Assembly (NCBI GenBank): GCA_017442875.1
Contig: JAFSPN010000024.1
Span: forward strand, 7,143-71,142
DNA: 64,000 nucleotides
Origin: Bacilli bacterium
Lineage (GTDB): Bacteria; Bacillota_I; Bacilli_A; RFN20; CAG-826
Reading direction: 5' to 3'
Made by a program: the position numbers and the translations under genes. Numbering within the stretch: position 1 is the stretch's first letter; every line of letters begins with the position of its first letter. Positions 23,361-33,100 of the stretch are shown piece by piece. The notes beneath the pieces were generated by a model. The model worked only from the letters and a program-made list of their open reading frames with translations. It was not told the origin of the DNA and made no database searches.

Positions 23361-24524
23361 ATGCGTATTATTTATTTCACTACCGCCTTAGAAAAAGAAG
23401 ACTATGTCGCATTTTGTAAAAATTGGAGAGGTTCTTTAAATACCACTATCCAAAATTTACACAATCGTCTCATTCGTGCTTTAGCATTAACTCATGAAGT
23501 TGATGTTATTTCAGTGCGTCCTTATTCTAAGAAGTACTGCAAGCTCAAAAAATTAGACGCATCTATCACTCAAGAAGGCAAAATTACTTGGCACTATTTG
23601 GAAGTCAAAAGAAGAAAACTCTTCAGAGTTAACCACACAAAAAGAGACGCAAAGAAGATTCTTCTTAAGATGAATCTAAAAGATGCCATCATCCTAACTG
23701 ATACATTAAACCCATATATCTTAAAGGCTTCCACTTCTCTAGCGGAAGATTTCCACTTACCAATTATTGGTGTTTGCAACAATACACCAAGCGGTATCCA
23801 TGATACTGGTAAGTCATACACCACTAATTTGCATTCTATGGCGGACAATCTCTCTGGCTACATTACTCAAACTACTAATTTGAATGAATTATTTAATAAA
23901 CATAATCGCGCTAACATCACCATCGAAGGTGTTTTAGAGAATAAATATAACGAAGAAGATGTTAAAAAATATGGGAAATATATTTTCTACTATGGTAACC
24001 TCGAAGAAAGATTTGGCGTTTATGATTTAATCCAGGCCTTTATTGAACTAAACAACCCAAATATCAATTTAGTGATTGCTGGTTATCACGCAAATGAAGA
24101 GAAAATGGATAAGTTTTCCAAATTCCGCAATAACATTAAATACCTCGGCATGATATCTAACGATTTAATGCTTTCTTTAGAAAATGGCTCATTATTCAAT
24201 ATTAATTCTCGTCCATACAGCGAAGACTTTGATCGTTACTTAATCCCATATAATACTTTGGATTACCTAAATTCCAAGTCACTAACGGTTTCTGTTAGAA
24301 ACAATATTTTGCTTAAGACATTTAAAGATGATGCCTTATGGCTTGAATTAGGTGAGAAAGAAGAACTCATCAATGTGATGAACAAAGCTCTTAAGATGAG
24401 CGAAAAAGAAAAAGAAGAAATAATTAAAAAAGCTAATAACGATGCGAATAAGTTATATTCGATGTCTGTTGTTAACCATAAACTCATCCTCTTTTTAAAG
24501 CAGTTCCTGAAACAAAGGGAATAA
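23361..24524 (+). CDS. Putative glycosyltransferase (GT-B fold, GT4-like)
   Basis: 387 aa. It has a weak GT4-like C-terminal pattern and the size and layout of a GT-B enzyme. The family call is tentative. Confidence 0.45.
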   Translation: MRIIYFTTALEKEDYVAFCKNWRGSLNTTIQNLHNRLIRALALTHEVDVISVRPYSKKYCKLKKLDASITQEGKITWHYLEVKRRKLFRVNHTKRDAKKILLKMNLKDAIILTDTLNPYILKASTSLAEDFHLPIIGVCNNTPSGIHDTGKSYTTNLHSMADNLSGYITQTTNLNELFNKHNRANITIEGVLENKYNEEDVKKYGKYIFYYGNLEERFGVYDLIQAFIELNNPNINLVIAGYHANEEKMDKFSKFRNNIKYLGMISNDLMLSLENGSLFNINSRPYSEDFDRYLIPYNTLDYLNSKSLTVSVRNNILLKTFKDDALWLELGEKEELINVMNKALKMSEKEKEEIIKKANNDANKLYSMSVVNHKLILFLKQFLKQRE

Positions 24525-24580
24525 ATCGTCACCTTTATTTATTTGCATTTATGTAAAATAAATAATACAATCTACTACGC

Positions 24581-25204
24581 ATGGAAAAAGAAATTAATCA
24601 ACAAGAGTTATTAGCCAAAAACCTTGCCTTCTATCGTAAGGCAAGCGGTTTAACACAACTCGAATTAGCGGAAAAGTTTAATTATTCTGATAAATCTGTT
24701 TCCAAATGGGAAAGAGGCGAAGGTTTTCCGGATGTTTTCGTTTTAAAATCACTCGCTGATTTTTATGGCATCAGTGTTGATGATTTCTACCTTGAAGAAA
24801 AGAAAAAAATCGCATCCCAAAATCATTCGTTAACCAAGCAAGTTTATATCAAACTACTTTCAGTAGGTATTGGCTGGTTAGTAACGTTGATGGCGTTTTT
24901 TGGCTTAACATTCTTGCCACAAGAAGCCACCTTTAAGTCTTGGTTAAATTTTGTTTATGGCACTTTAATTACAGGTATCATTCTCTTAGTGTGGGATTTT
25001 ATCTATCACCATCGTTTATTAAGAGTGTTTGATACATCCATCGTTATTTGGACTGGTTTATTATCACTTTATTTAACTATTCTTGTGGTTTTAGGACCAC
25101 AACATAATTACCCATTATTATTCCTTGTGGGTATTCCGCTTGAAGTATTAGAAATACTATGGTTCTTATTCCGTAGGAATAAAAAGAAAGCTGGAACTAA
25201 GTAA
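24581..25204 (+). CDS. XRE-family HTH regulator with C-terminal 4-TM domain
   Basis: N-terminus LAFYRKASGLTQLELAEKFNYSDKSVSKWERGE is an HTH_3 motif. The C-terminal half is hydrophobic. Confidence 0.7.
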   Translation: MEKEINQQELLAKNLAFYRKASGLTQLELAEKFNYSDKSVSKWERGEGFPDVFVLKSLADFYGISVDDFYLEEKKKIASQNHSLTKQVYIKLLSVGIGWLVTLMAFFGLTFLPQEATFKSWLNFVYGTLITGIILLVWDFIYHHRLLRVFDTSIVIWTGLLSLYLTILVVLGPQHNYPLLFLVGIPLEVLEILWFLFRRNKKKAGTK

Positions 25205-25218
25205 GTAATTCCAGTTTT

Positions 25219-26073
25219 TTATTCTTCGTTTAATCCGTCGTTAATGAATAAGATACCGAGAGTTTGAGGACCGCAGTGACTTGTAATCGTTGCCCCAGCG
25301 GTTGTCTCATAAATTGTCTTGAAACCGCGTTTTCTTAAAGCATCGATGGCCACCGCAACCATTTCTGGTGTTGCTAGTGTGTGGGTCACAAACGCCACAG
25401 ATAAATCTGGATTAGCAAATTGTTCTAATGTATCACGACAATATGCTTCAATAACTTGGCTCTTACGGCCAATATACTTTTTAGCAGGTGACATTTTACC
25501 ATCCGAAACGATGATTTGTGGTTTGATTCTAAGGATTGCAGCACCGAATCTTAATAAGCCAGAACATCTACCACCCTTATGCAAATATTCAAGGGTTTGA
25601 ATGACGAAACTAGCCTGAACATAAGGGATACGTGCATTTACTTTATCGACGATTTCTTTTGGCTGTAAGCCTTTTTTCACTAACTTCGCAGCATAGATTA
25701 CTTCAAGAGCAATACCAGTCGATAAACTGCGTGAGTCAATGATATAAACGTTTTCAAACTTTTTAGCAGCGTTAATCGCTTGTGAACAAGAAGTGGATAT
25801 TTCTGAACTTAGTGAAATATGGATGATTGCCTCATATCCTTGATCAAGAAGATTTTGGAAATATTCGCGATATTGGAATTCATTCACCGCGCTTGTGCGT
25901 GGGAGAATCTTATTTTTATCAACATAATCAAAGATATCTTGTGAATTAATTTCACCATCTAAATAAGCGGTTTCGCCCAATAAAACAGTGAATGGAATGA
26001 CGTGTACGTCATATTGCTTAATTAATTCTTTTGAGAGATCTAATGTTGATTCAGCGGAAATAGCAATTTTCAT
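25219..26073 (-). CDS. DegV-family fatty-acid-binding protein
   Basis: 284 aa with typical DegV layout (MKIAI..ST.DL ... SLSSEISTS ... GGR). Confidence 0.85.
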   Translation of the reverse strand: MKIAISAESTLDLSKELIKQYDVHVIPFTVLLGETAYLDGEINSQDIFDYVDKNKILPRTSAVNEFQYREYFQNLLDQGYEAIIHISLSSEISTSCSQAINAAKKFENVYIIDSRSLSTGIALEVIYAAKLVKKGLQPKEIVDKVNARIPYVQASFVIQTLEYLHKGGRCSGLLRFGAAILRIKPQIIVSDGKMSPAKKYIGRKSQVIEAYCRDTLEQFANPDLSVAFVTHTLATPEMVAVAIDALRKRGFKTIYETTAGATITSHCGPQTLGILFINDGLNEE

Positions 26074-26092
26074 AACCGCCTAAATTGTAGGC

Positions 26093-26127
26093 AAAAAAAA
26101 CACATAAGTCTAGTACTTATGCATTTT
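26093..26127. terminator. Hairpin terminator between the ABC operon and degV
   Basis: CATAAGT-ctagt-ACTTATG hairpin flanked by an A8 run upstream and a T6 run downstream. Confidence 0.5.
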
Positions 26128-26134
26128 TTATATT

Positions 26135-27163
26135 TTAATCGCCGAATATCGCTGAGTCCGCAAGCATATCGTTCTTGCTATTTGTTACGAACATATCAAG
26201 CAGTTTTTCGATTGTTAATTTTTGTTTTTCTTCACCTTTGATATCCGCGACCACTCTTCCTTTGCTCATCATGATTAAGCGATTACCATATTTAATCGCA
26301 TCTTTCATATTATGAGTAATCATAATTGTGGTTAATTGATTCTCTTTAACGATTCTATCGGTTGTTTCTAAAACCTTTTCTGCTGTCTTTGGATCTAAAG
26401 CCGCGGTGTGTTCATCAAGCAAGAGAACTGGCTTTGTGACGTCATAACTACGGAAACTAGAATCACGTACCCCTTTAATTTCTTTTAATTTAAGTTTCTT
26501 TTCTTCTTTGCTTAAAGATGTGTTGCTTTCGATTTCCTTTTTGGAAGCATTATATTCTTCAATAATTTTGTTAAAGGCTTGATCGATTTCTTCTTTTAAA
26601 AAGTTTTTATCACCAGCGGAGAAACGGACATAATCTTTCTTAATTTGACGAGGAGATGGATGATGTCTAATCGTCGCCATAAGAAGGGTCAAAGCTTGTC
26701 TTTGACCACCAGAAAGTAAGCCAACCTTTTGATATAGTTTATTCTCTAGCCCTAAATCAAGCGTTTTAAGCTCGCTAGTGAAATATTCGACATCTTCCTT
26801 ACGATAGGACCATTTAAATAAAGAACGCCTCTGTCCGCGCCCGAATGCGAGGGCAAGGTTTTCGATCACTGTCATATCCGCGGCGGTACCGACCATTGGA
26901 TCTTGGAAAACACGACCAAAGTATTGGGCTTTTTTGTGTTCGGATACTAAACTGACGTCTTCGTCATCTAATAGAACCATACCACTATCAGGTTTGATAC
27001 TACCGGCAATAATGTTCATTAATGTGGATTTGCCCGCACCATTACCGCCGATTACTGTGATAAAGTCGCCTTCTTTTAATGTGAGATTGACATTATCAAG
27101 AGCGATTGTCTCACTGGCAGTACCTGGGTTAAATTTCTTTTTAATGTTTCTTAATTCAAGCAT
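26135..27163 (-). CDS. ABC transporter ATP-binding protein (COG1101-type) with a large internal insertion
   Basis: Walker A GGNGAGKST, signature LSGGQRQ, Walker B LLLDEHTAALD. About 75 extra residues lie between the signature and Walker B. Confidence 0.9.
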   Translation of the reverse strand: MLELRNIKKKFNPGTASETIALDNVNLTLKEGDFITVIGGNGAGKSTLMNIIAGSIKPDSGMVLLDDEDVSLVSEHKKAQYFGRVFQDPMVGTAADMTVIENLALAFGRGQRRSLFKWSYRKEDVEYFTSELKTLDLGLENKLYQKVGLLSGGQRQALTLLMATIRHHPSPRQIKKDYVRFSAGDKNFLKEEIDQAFNKIIEEYNASKKEIESNTSLSKEEKKLKLKEIKGVRDSSFRSYDVTKPVLLLDEHTAALDPKTAEKVLETTDRIVKENQLTTIMITHNMKDAIKYGNRLIMMSKGRVVADIKGEEKQKLTIEKLLDMFVTNSKNDMLADSAIFGD

Positions 27164-27165
27164 AA

Positions 27166-28116
27166 TTAACCCTCCACGTCCTGACTCTTTTTCATTTTGC
27201 GGTTCGCTAAACGCTTTTTAAAGTCATCATAATAATGGGACTTAATATATGGCACGCCTAAGAAGAGAGCCACCACAACTGCAGCGAGCATCTTTAAGAA
27301 GTCGGTATCCATACCGATAAATACAACAGTCGAGAAAATGACATAGTAGATAATGCCACCGACGACAACAGACGCCATTCTTAAACCAAAGTTTGGTGAA
27401 ATCTTTGAGAATATCGCGTGACCGATAACTACGGAGCATAGACCGATGACAATCGCGCCTCTACCCATATTGATATCAGCGAAGCCTTGATATTGGGCTA
27501 ATAAGCCACCCGCTAAAGCGACAATGCCGTTAGAAATCATTAAACCTAAAACGATATTGAACTTGGTGTTAATGCCTTGAGCTCTAGCCATCTTTTGATT
27601 GTTACCAGTGGCTCTAATAGAAGCACCAAGTTGAGTGCCAAAGAAAATATAAAGTAAAGCCACAATAATTGCGACAGCCAGGAATAATATCCATAAGGCG
27701 TTATATTTATCTAGTTGTGACACTAGAACTGTTGTTGTTCTAGCGTTAACCGATATATTAGCCGCGCCACTAGCGATCTTTAAATTAATCGACCAGCAAG
27801 CCAGTTGCGTTAAGATACCCGCTAAAATAGGCGGAATGCCTAATAATGTATGTAATAGACCTGTGACCAAGCCGCAGAGTAATCCAGCGACAAATCCTAA
27901 TAATAAACCAACAGCGAAGTTGCCACCACTTTTAATAAAGACAGCACAAACAATACCGCCCATCGCAAACGAACCATCGACAGTTAAATCAGCGACATCA
28001 AGCACTTTATAAGTAATAAAGACACCTAAGGCCATTAAACCCCAGATAATGCCGAGATTAACTGAACCTGGTAAAGATTGTACATAGTTTAATAAATAAT
28101 TAAGGAATTGTTGCAT
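27166..28116 (-). CDS. ABC transporter permease (COG4120-type)
   Basis: 316 aa polytopic protein, adjacent and co-directional with the ATPase and the SBP. Confidence 0.85.
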   Translation of the reverse strand: MQQFLNYLLNYVQSLPGSVNLGIIWGLMALGVFITYKVLDVADLTVDGSFAMGGIVCAVFIKSGGNFAVGLLLGFVAGLLCGLVTGLLHTLLGIPPILAGILTQLACWSINLKIASGAANISVNARTTTVLVSQLDKYNALWILFLAVAIIVALLYIFFGTQLGASIRATGNNQKMARAQGINTKFNIVLGLMISNGIVALAGGLLAQYQGFADINMGRGAIVIGLCSVVIGHAIFSKISPNFGLRMASVVVGGIIYYVIFSTVVFIGMDTDFLKMLAAVVVALFLGVPYIKSHYYDDFKKRLANRKMKKSQDVEG

Positions 28117-28128
28117 ATGCTTTTATTC

Positions 28129-29112
28129 TTATTGGATTGCGACATAACCATCTGGCACGGTAAGACCTAATCTTTCACAGATGGTTGGATTGTATTTTTT
28201 AACTGGTGCAGCATCATATTGCACTTTCATTTTTGAAATATGGGCGCCTTCTTTGATGATCTTAGCAGCCATTTCACCTGTTTTTACACCGATGTTGTAG
28301 TAGCTAATGGAAAGGGTGAACGCACCACAGCCTTTGCAAATACCTTCTTCACCACAGAACACTTTAAGTCCAGCAGCGGAGCATTTTGCGTCGATTGTTT
28401 CAACATTCGATGCACATGTGTTATCTGTTGGGATGAATAAAGCATCTACTTTATCTGCGACCATCTTATCTAATTGAGAAGGAAGGTCATTGGAATCTGA
28501 GAATGAATATTTATTTATTGAAATACCAGATTTTTGTTTATTTAATTCTTTTGAGATACTGTCGACTTGGTATTTAGAGTTTGCCTCTGCGGAGCAATAT
28601 AAGATACCAAACTTCTTAGCTTCAGGGAATAATTCAACCATCATCTTCGCTTGTTCATCTAATGGCGCTAAATCGCTTGTGCCAGAGACGTTGCCACCGA
28701 CGGTGTCGACAAAATTCTTGATATTTAAAGCTGTACCATAGTCAGTAATTGAAGTTCCAAGAACTGGGATATCCACTGTTGAGTTAGCAGCAGCTTGTAA
28801 GGCTGGTGTGGCATTAGCCATGATTAAGTCGACTTTCTTACTAACAAATGTGTTGGCAATTGTGACACATGCTGCGGAATCGCCAGCGGCATTTTGTTCA
28901 TCAAATACCACTTTATCGCCAAGTTCTTCTTTAAGTTTGTCTTTAAAACCTTTTGTAGCGGCATCTAAAGCTTCGTGAGTAACTAACTGGCAAATACCGA
29001 CTTGATACGTCTTATTTGGATCCCAACTAATAACGGGATCAATGTTTTTGCCACATCCTGTGACAAGTAACGCAGATGTGGATAATAGAGCAAATAATTT
29101 AGTGTGTTTCAT
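28129..29112 (-). CDS. ABC transporter substrate-binding lipoprotein (COG2984 / ABC_sub_bind-type)
   Basis: MKHTKLFALLSTSALLVTGCG contains a lipobox. ATG 29112 lies 9 nt after GAGGAGG (29122-29128). The family is the one proposed in the literature as aromatic amino-acid (TrpXYZ-like) importers. Confidence 0.8.
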   Translation of the reverse strand: MKHTKLFALLSTSALLVTGCGKNIDPVISWDPNKTYQVGICQLVTHEALDAATKGFKDKLKEELGDKVVFDEQNAAGDSAACVTIANTFVSKKVDLIMANATPALQAAANSTVDIPVLGTSITDYGTALNIKNFVDTVGGNVSGTSDLAPLDEQAKMMVELFPEAKKFGILYCSAEANSKYQVDSISKELNKQKSGISINKYSFSDSNDLPSQLDKMVADKVDALFIPTDNTCASNVETIDAKCSAAGLKVFCGEEGICKGCGAFTLSISYYNIGVKTGEMAAKIIKEGAHISKMKVQYDAAPVKKYNPTICERLGLTVPDGYVAIQ

Positions 29113-29131
29113 TTCGTTCATCCTCCTCATG

Positions 29132-29249
29132 AAATAAAAATCGGTGTTCGTGACACCAATTAATATCCATTCGTTGAGTTGGTGTCACTGATTAGTTTTC
29201 GGTAATCAATAACACCCAATAGCTAAAAGGCCAAGATTTATTGATTACC
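29132..29249 (-). promoter_or_regulatory. Transcription attenuator: chain of mutually exclusive helices ending in an intrinsic terminator
   Basis: Helix A:B is a 12-bp perfect pairing (29249-29238 with 29212-29201). Helix B':C' is 14 bp (29216-29203 with 29194-29181). Helix C:D is a 10-bp perfect pairing (29188-29179 with 29159-29150). The terminator TTGGTGT-CACGA-ACACCGA is followed by UUUUUAUUU (29159-29132). Confidence 0.6.
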
Positions 29250-29294
29250 TCTTGGATAATAATAGCTATAAAAGTAAAAAAATGCTCTTTTCAT
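29238..29294 (-). CDS. Leader peptide MKRAFFYFYSYYYPRGNQ (18 aa, Phe/Tyr-rich)
   Basis: ATG 29294 to TAA 29238-29240, translated by hand. Eight of nine consecutive codons are Phe or Tyr, and the stop codon lies inside helix segment A. No clear SD; the 5' UTR would be about 10 nt. Confidence 0.55.
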   Translation of the reverse strand: MKRAFFYFYSYYYPRGNQ

Positions 29295-29310
29295 AATTTA
29301 CTTGTCCATA

Positions 29311-29338
29311 ATTGTATCACTTATTGAAAAGATGGCAA
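29311..29338 (-). promoter_or_regulatory. Putative promoter of the ABC-transporter leader
   Basis: TTGCCA (29338-29333), 16-nt spacer, then the extended -10 TGaTACAAT (29319-29311). Confidence 0.5.
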
Positions 29339-29374
29339 TAAAAAAGACAAAACCAGGTACAAATGCACCTGGTT
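29338..29374 (-). terminator. Rho-independent terminator after the GH3 module 1
   Basis: Minus strand AACCAGGT-gcatttgt-ACCTGGTT hairpin followed by TTGTCTTTTTT. Confidence 0.6.
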
Positions 29375-29398
29375 AAGATTAAAGATTAATTCAAACAC

Positions 29399-30148
29399 CT
29401 ATTCTGGTTGAGCGAAATCAACGTCAGAAATAACAGTGAGGTTTCTGATATCTGGCATTATATAAAGACAATCATTTTTACTATCGGTATCATTATAGGC
29501 ACTTGTTGTGAGTGTGATGGTATTTTCTCCCCTGATTAAGAAGGTGTCCTTAAAGATAAGGCTTTGGAACCCATCACGGTCGGTTGACAAACTGAGTTTT
29601 TCCGTTTTAAGTTCTAACTTATTCACTTGAATTTTAATCTTATCAGTGAGGTTCTCAATTTCTTGATAGACACCCGCATTGTTGCGCCAGTTATTCCTTA
29701 GGCCAATTTCAATGTCGGAAAGGCCATAACTCTCGGTCTTGATGGTAAAGGTAATAGCACCACCCATTCTATCTAGACCGGTAATGTATTCCGCCAATTT
29801 AGAATCATCGCCATCCATCTTTTTATACTCTTGAGCTTTGTCAGTACTTAGCGGAGCAACACTAGCATCTCTAGCGTATAAAATAAGTGAATTTTTATAT
29901 TCAGATTTTGAAGAAGCAACTTTTTCACCGGCCTCGTCATAGGCAATGTATTCATTGTCGAATAAAACTTCTTCTGGTAAAGCTGGGAATGAAGCCCTAA
30001 TCTCTTCGGCGTTCTTTTCATACTGCACCAAGTAATTGTTATATTGAACTCTTGATACTAGAAAATTAACACCAGCAATAGTCAGAGAGACAAAAGCAAT
30101 ACCAATAACGACTATTTTTGTCAAATGTTTAACAAAGAAGTTTTTCAT
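29399..30148 (-). CDS. Membrane-anchored extracellular protein (beta-sandwich/CBM-like C-terminus?), unknown function
   Basis: 249 aa with an N-terminal TM anchor. GGAGGC RBS. It starts 3 nt after the GH3 stop. Confidence 0.5.
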   Translation of the reverse strand: MKNFFVKHLTKIVVIGIAFVSLTIAGVNFLVSRVQYNNYLVQYEKNAEEIRASFPALPEEVLFDNEYIAYDEAGEKVASSKSEYKNSLILYARDASVAPLSTDKAQEYKKMDGDDSKLAEYITGLDRMGGAITFTIKTESYGLSDIEIGLRNNWRNNAGVYQEIENLTDKIKIQVNKLELKTEKLSLSTDRDGFQSLIFKDTFLIRGENTITLTTSAYNDTDSKNDCLYIMPDIRNLTVISDVDFAQPE

Positions 30149-30151
30149 ACG

Positions 30152-33100
30152 TTATTCTGCCTCCTTTTCATCTTTCGCTTTTCCAAAAGGTAAGAATGGT
30201 TTTGCTATCAAGAATACGCCGATAGCAATTGCGCCATAAACAATAGCGTCCGCAGCCACAATTGCCGGTTTCCACCATTGCCATGATTGTTTTGTTTCAG
30301 CAACAACAACCGCTTCGCTTGGATCGGCAGACGCATTGTATGTCAAATTCTTATATAAAGCATGACAATAAGCATAGACGTATTCTTTAATTGCTTGTCT
30401 CATTCTGTGTTGAACACGTGCGGTAGAAGAAGCAGATAATGCAACGACTGGGCTATCGTCGCCACCCAAGTTAATATTGCCACCTGTTCTTAAGTTAGCA
30501 GCACTATCCATGTTTTCTTCGTTTTCGGTCATATCAGTGATGATGGCGCCTTTAAAGCCCCATTCATTTCTTAAAATGCCAGTCATTAAGGCTTCGTTAC
30601 CACCAGCCCAAATGCCACCTAATCTATTGAAGGAAGTCATAATACCGGTGGAGTCACCATATTTGACGCCTTCTTCGAATGTTCTTAAATAAATCTCACG
30701 CAAAGCTTGTTCACTAAGCCATGTATATAAACCCATTCTGTTGAAATCTTGATCGTTAACAACAAAGTGCTTCATGAATGAAGTTCTTCCATAGACGCCT
30801 AATCCCTTAATGATATTTCCAACGACTCTACCAGAAAGATATGGATCTTCAGATTGATATCCGGAGTTACGGCCACCATATGGAGATCTATGGATATTAC
30901 ATGCTGGAGAATATAAAGCATCTTTACCAGCTGGGCCCATGTCGTTACCTTCTGATTTACCAAACATATAAGCAAGAACTTGGTTCCATGTTTGGGCTAA
31001 GACGGTTGAACCAGGATAACCGACGCAACTAGTACTTGGTGCCATGACACCATTACCGACTTGAGAAGCACCTTCACCATGTTGGAAAGCACCATCGTCG
31101 TTGGTTCTTAAACCAATAGCAGCAATGCCTGGACTTTTATATTGTGTGTCCATAGTGAGAATTCTAATCGCTGTACCTTTAGCATCTCTATCACCAAGTG
31201 GAACTTGGTCTAAGACTTCATCCCATAATGGATCATCCCAGTATTCTGGATTGCCAAGTTTTTCACCAACGGCAGTTAAACGACCACCTTCCATGACTTT
31301 ATGGGATGTGGCGGTGCTACCCCAGGTTGGTTTTGACGTTGGAACATCGTTACCAAAATAATCTTTAGTGGCATTGTCCCAAGCGTTTGCCATTTCGGCT
31401 GTATAAACACTCTTTGGAGCAACGATACCATTAGCCCTATTAAGTAATTTATCTGTCCAAGGCTTATTTTCTTCCACTTCTGTTAATAATTCAGGGAAAT
31501 TATTGCGGTGAATTAACTCAATACCTTCACCTTCTTCTCCGCCTTGATCAACGGAACTGCCATCAATTGGCATTTCCTCATAGGCAGTATCACCAGTAAA
31601 TCTATTTTCAACCGTATTGCCAGTTTTTTCATCTTTATCAATCAAGATGTCTTGGCTGACTTTATAAGAAAGGGTATTTTTAGCCATATCTTTTAAATGG
31701 TGAGCATCGGTCATGAGTTTAAGTTCATATGTACCGTGTTCCATTTCATAGCCACAGAAATCATTGCCGTTATCATCGTAGCAATCATAGGATTTAAATT
31801 CTTTACAATCGACTTCGATTTCCACATTTGCTTCTTGCAAAGGTTTTAATTCTGGAGTCTTAGCGTACGCCACTAATTTAACAGATGATTTTTCAATACC
31901 ACCATCGTAGTATGGAGCGGTTAAAAACACTTCGATAACATCTTTGCCAGAAACGGGGCCAGCGTTTTTGACGTTAACTGTTAAATTGATTTTATCTTCG
32001 TTTGTAATATTGCTTCCTGGGGCAATGTCAACATCCGTTAGAGTCCAATCAAAAGTTGTGTATGACATGCCGAATCCAAATGGAAATTGCACGACATTGT
32101 CATAACCACCATAATCGTCCCAGAATCCTTCAGCATCTGCTGTTTCAAACCAACGGTAACCAACATAAATGCCTTCGTTATATTCGACGTAGCAAGATGT
32201 TTGATAGAAATCACCACCAGCTGTGCCCATTGTTCTACATTCTTGGGCTTTACCGCCGATATATTGATGGGTGAATTTTGTGTTCCCACGGTAGTATGTA
32301 ATGTTATATTCGTGGTTATAAGGATAAGTATCGGTTAAGTGACCAGATGGAGAAGCGTCACCCCAAATAATTTCTGGAATAGATAAAGCGCCTTGGACAC
32401 CTGTAGCGCCGACGCTTATGCAAGCATCTATGCCTGGAATATCTTCCAAGAAGTCTAATTGCATTGCGTTTGTAGAGTTGATAACAACGATAACATTTTC
32501 AAAATCTTCCCCAAGTTTTGTCAATGTGTCTTGTTCTTCTTTTGAAATTTGCAAATATGTTCTCTCGTCATCTCTTGCTTGACCATTTGTCTTCACTTGA
32601 TAATGTGGGCAGTCAGAGTTTTCACCAGCATATCTAGAAATAACCATGAAAGCGGTGTCTGAATACCCTCTAGCATTATCATAAATCTGTTGATACTCTG
32701 CTTCCGTTTCTAAAGACGGCTCTCTAATTTGGTAAGCACCCAAGCATTGGAAAATGGTATTTTCAACACCAACAGGTGATTTCCATTTTTTGTAATAAGT
32801 AGGTAATTCTTGATTTACTTCGATGCCATAGTGTTCTAATGCACTATTCAAATCATAGGATGTTTGGCCATCAGTACCAACCATTTCAGATCCAGAAGAC
32901 ATGATATACCAGTCTACGGAACCATGACCAAAAACATTAACACGATTAATAGATTTTGATAATGGTAAAGTGCTGTCTTCATTGCGAAGCAATACTATGC
33001 CTTCTCGCTCAATATCTCTCGCTAATTGGTTACCCATGTTACGAGCGGCTTCCGCTTCAGCTGAATGCGGTTCACCGTTAGGAGCAAGGTGGTGAGAAAT

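Noticed and set aside
29131-29310. T-box or known metabolite riboswitch as the explanation for the structured transporter leader
   Set aside because: There is no AGAGA/GNUGGNA specifier features and no T-box sequence (AAnnnGGGUGGUACCGCG). I recognised no purine, SAM, lysine, glycine, guanidine or TPP cores. The leader-peptide model fits better.
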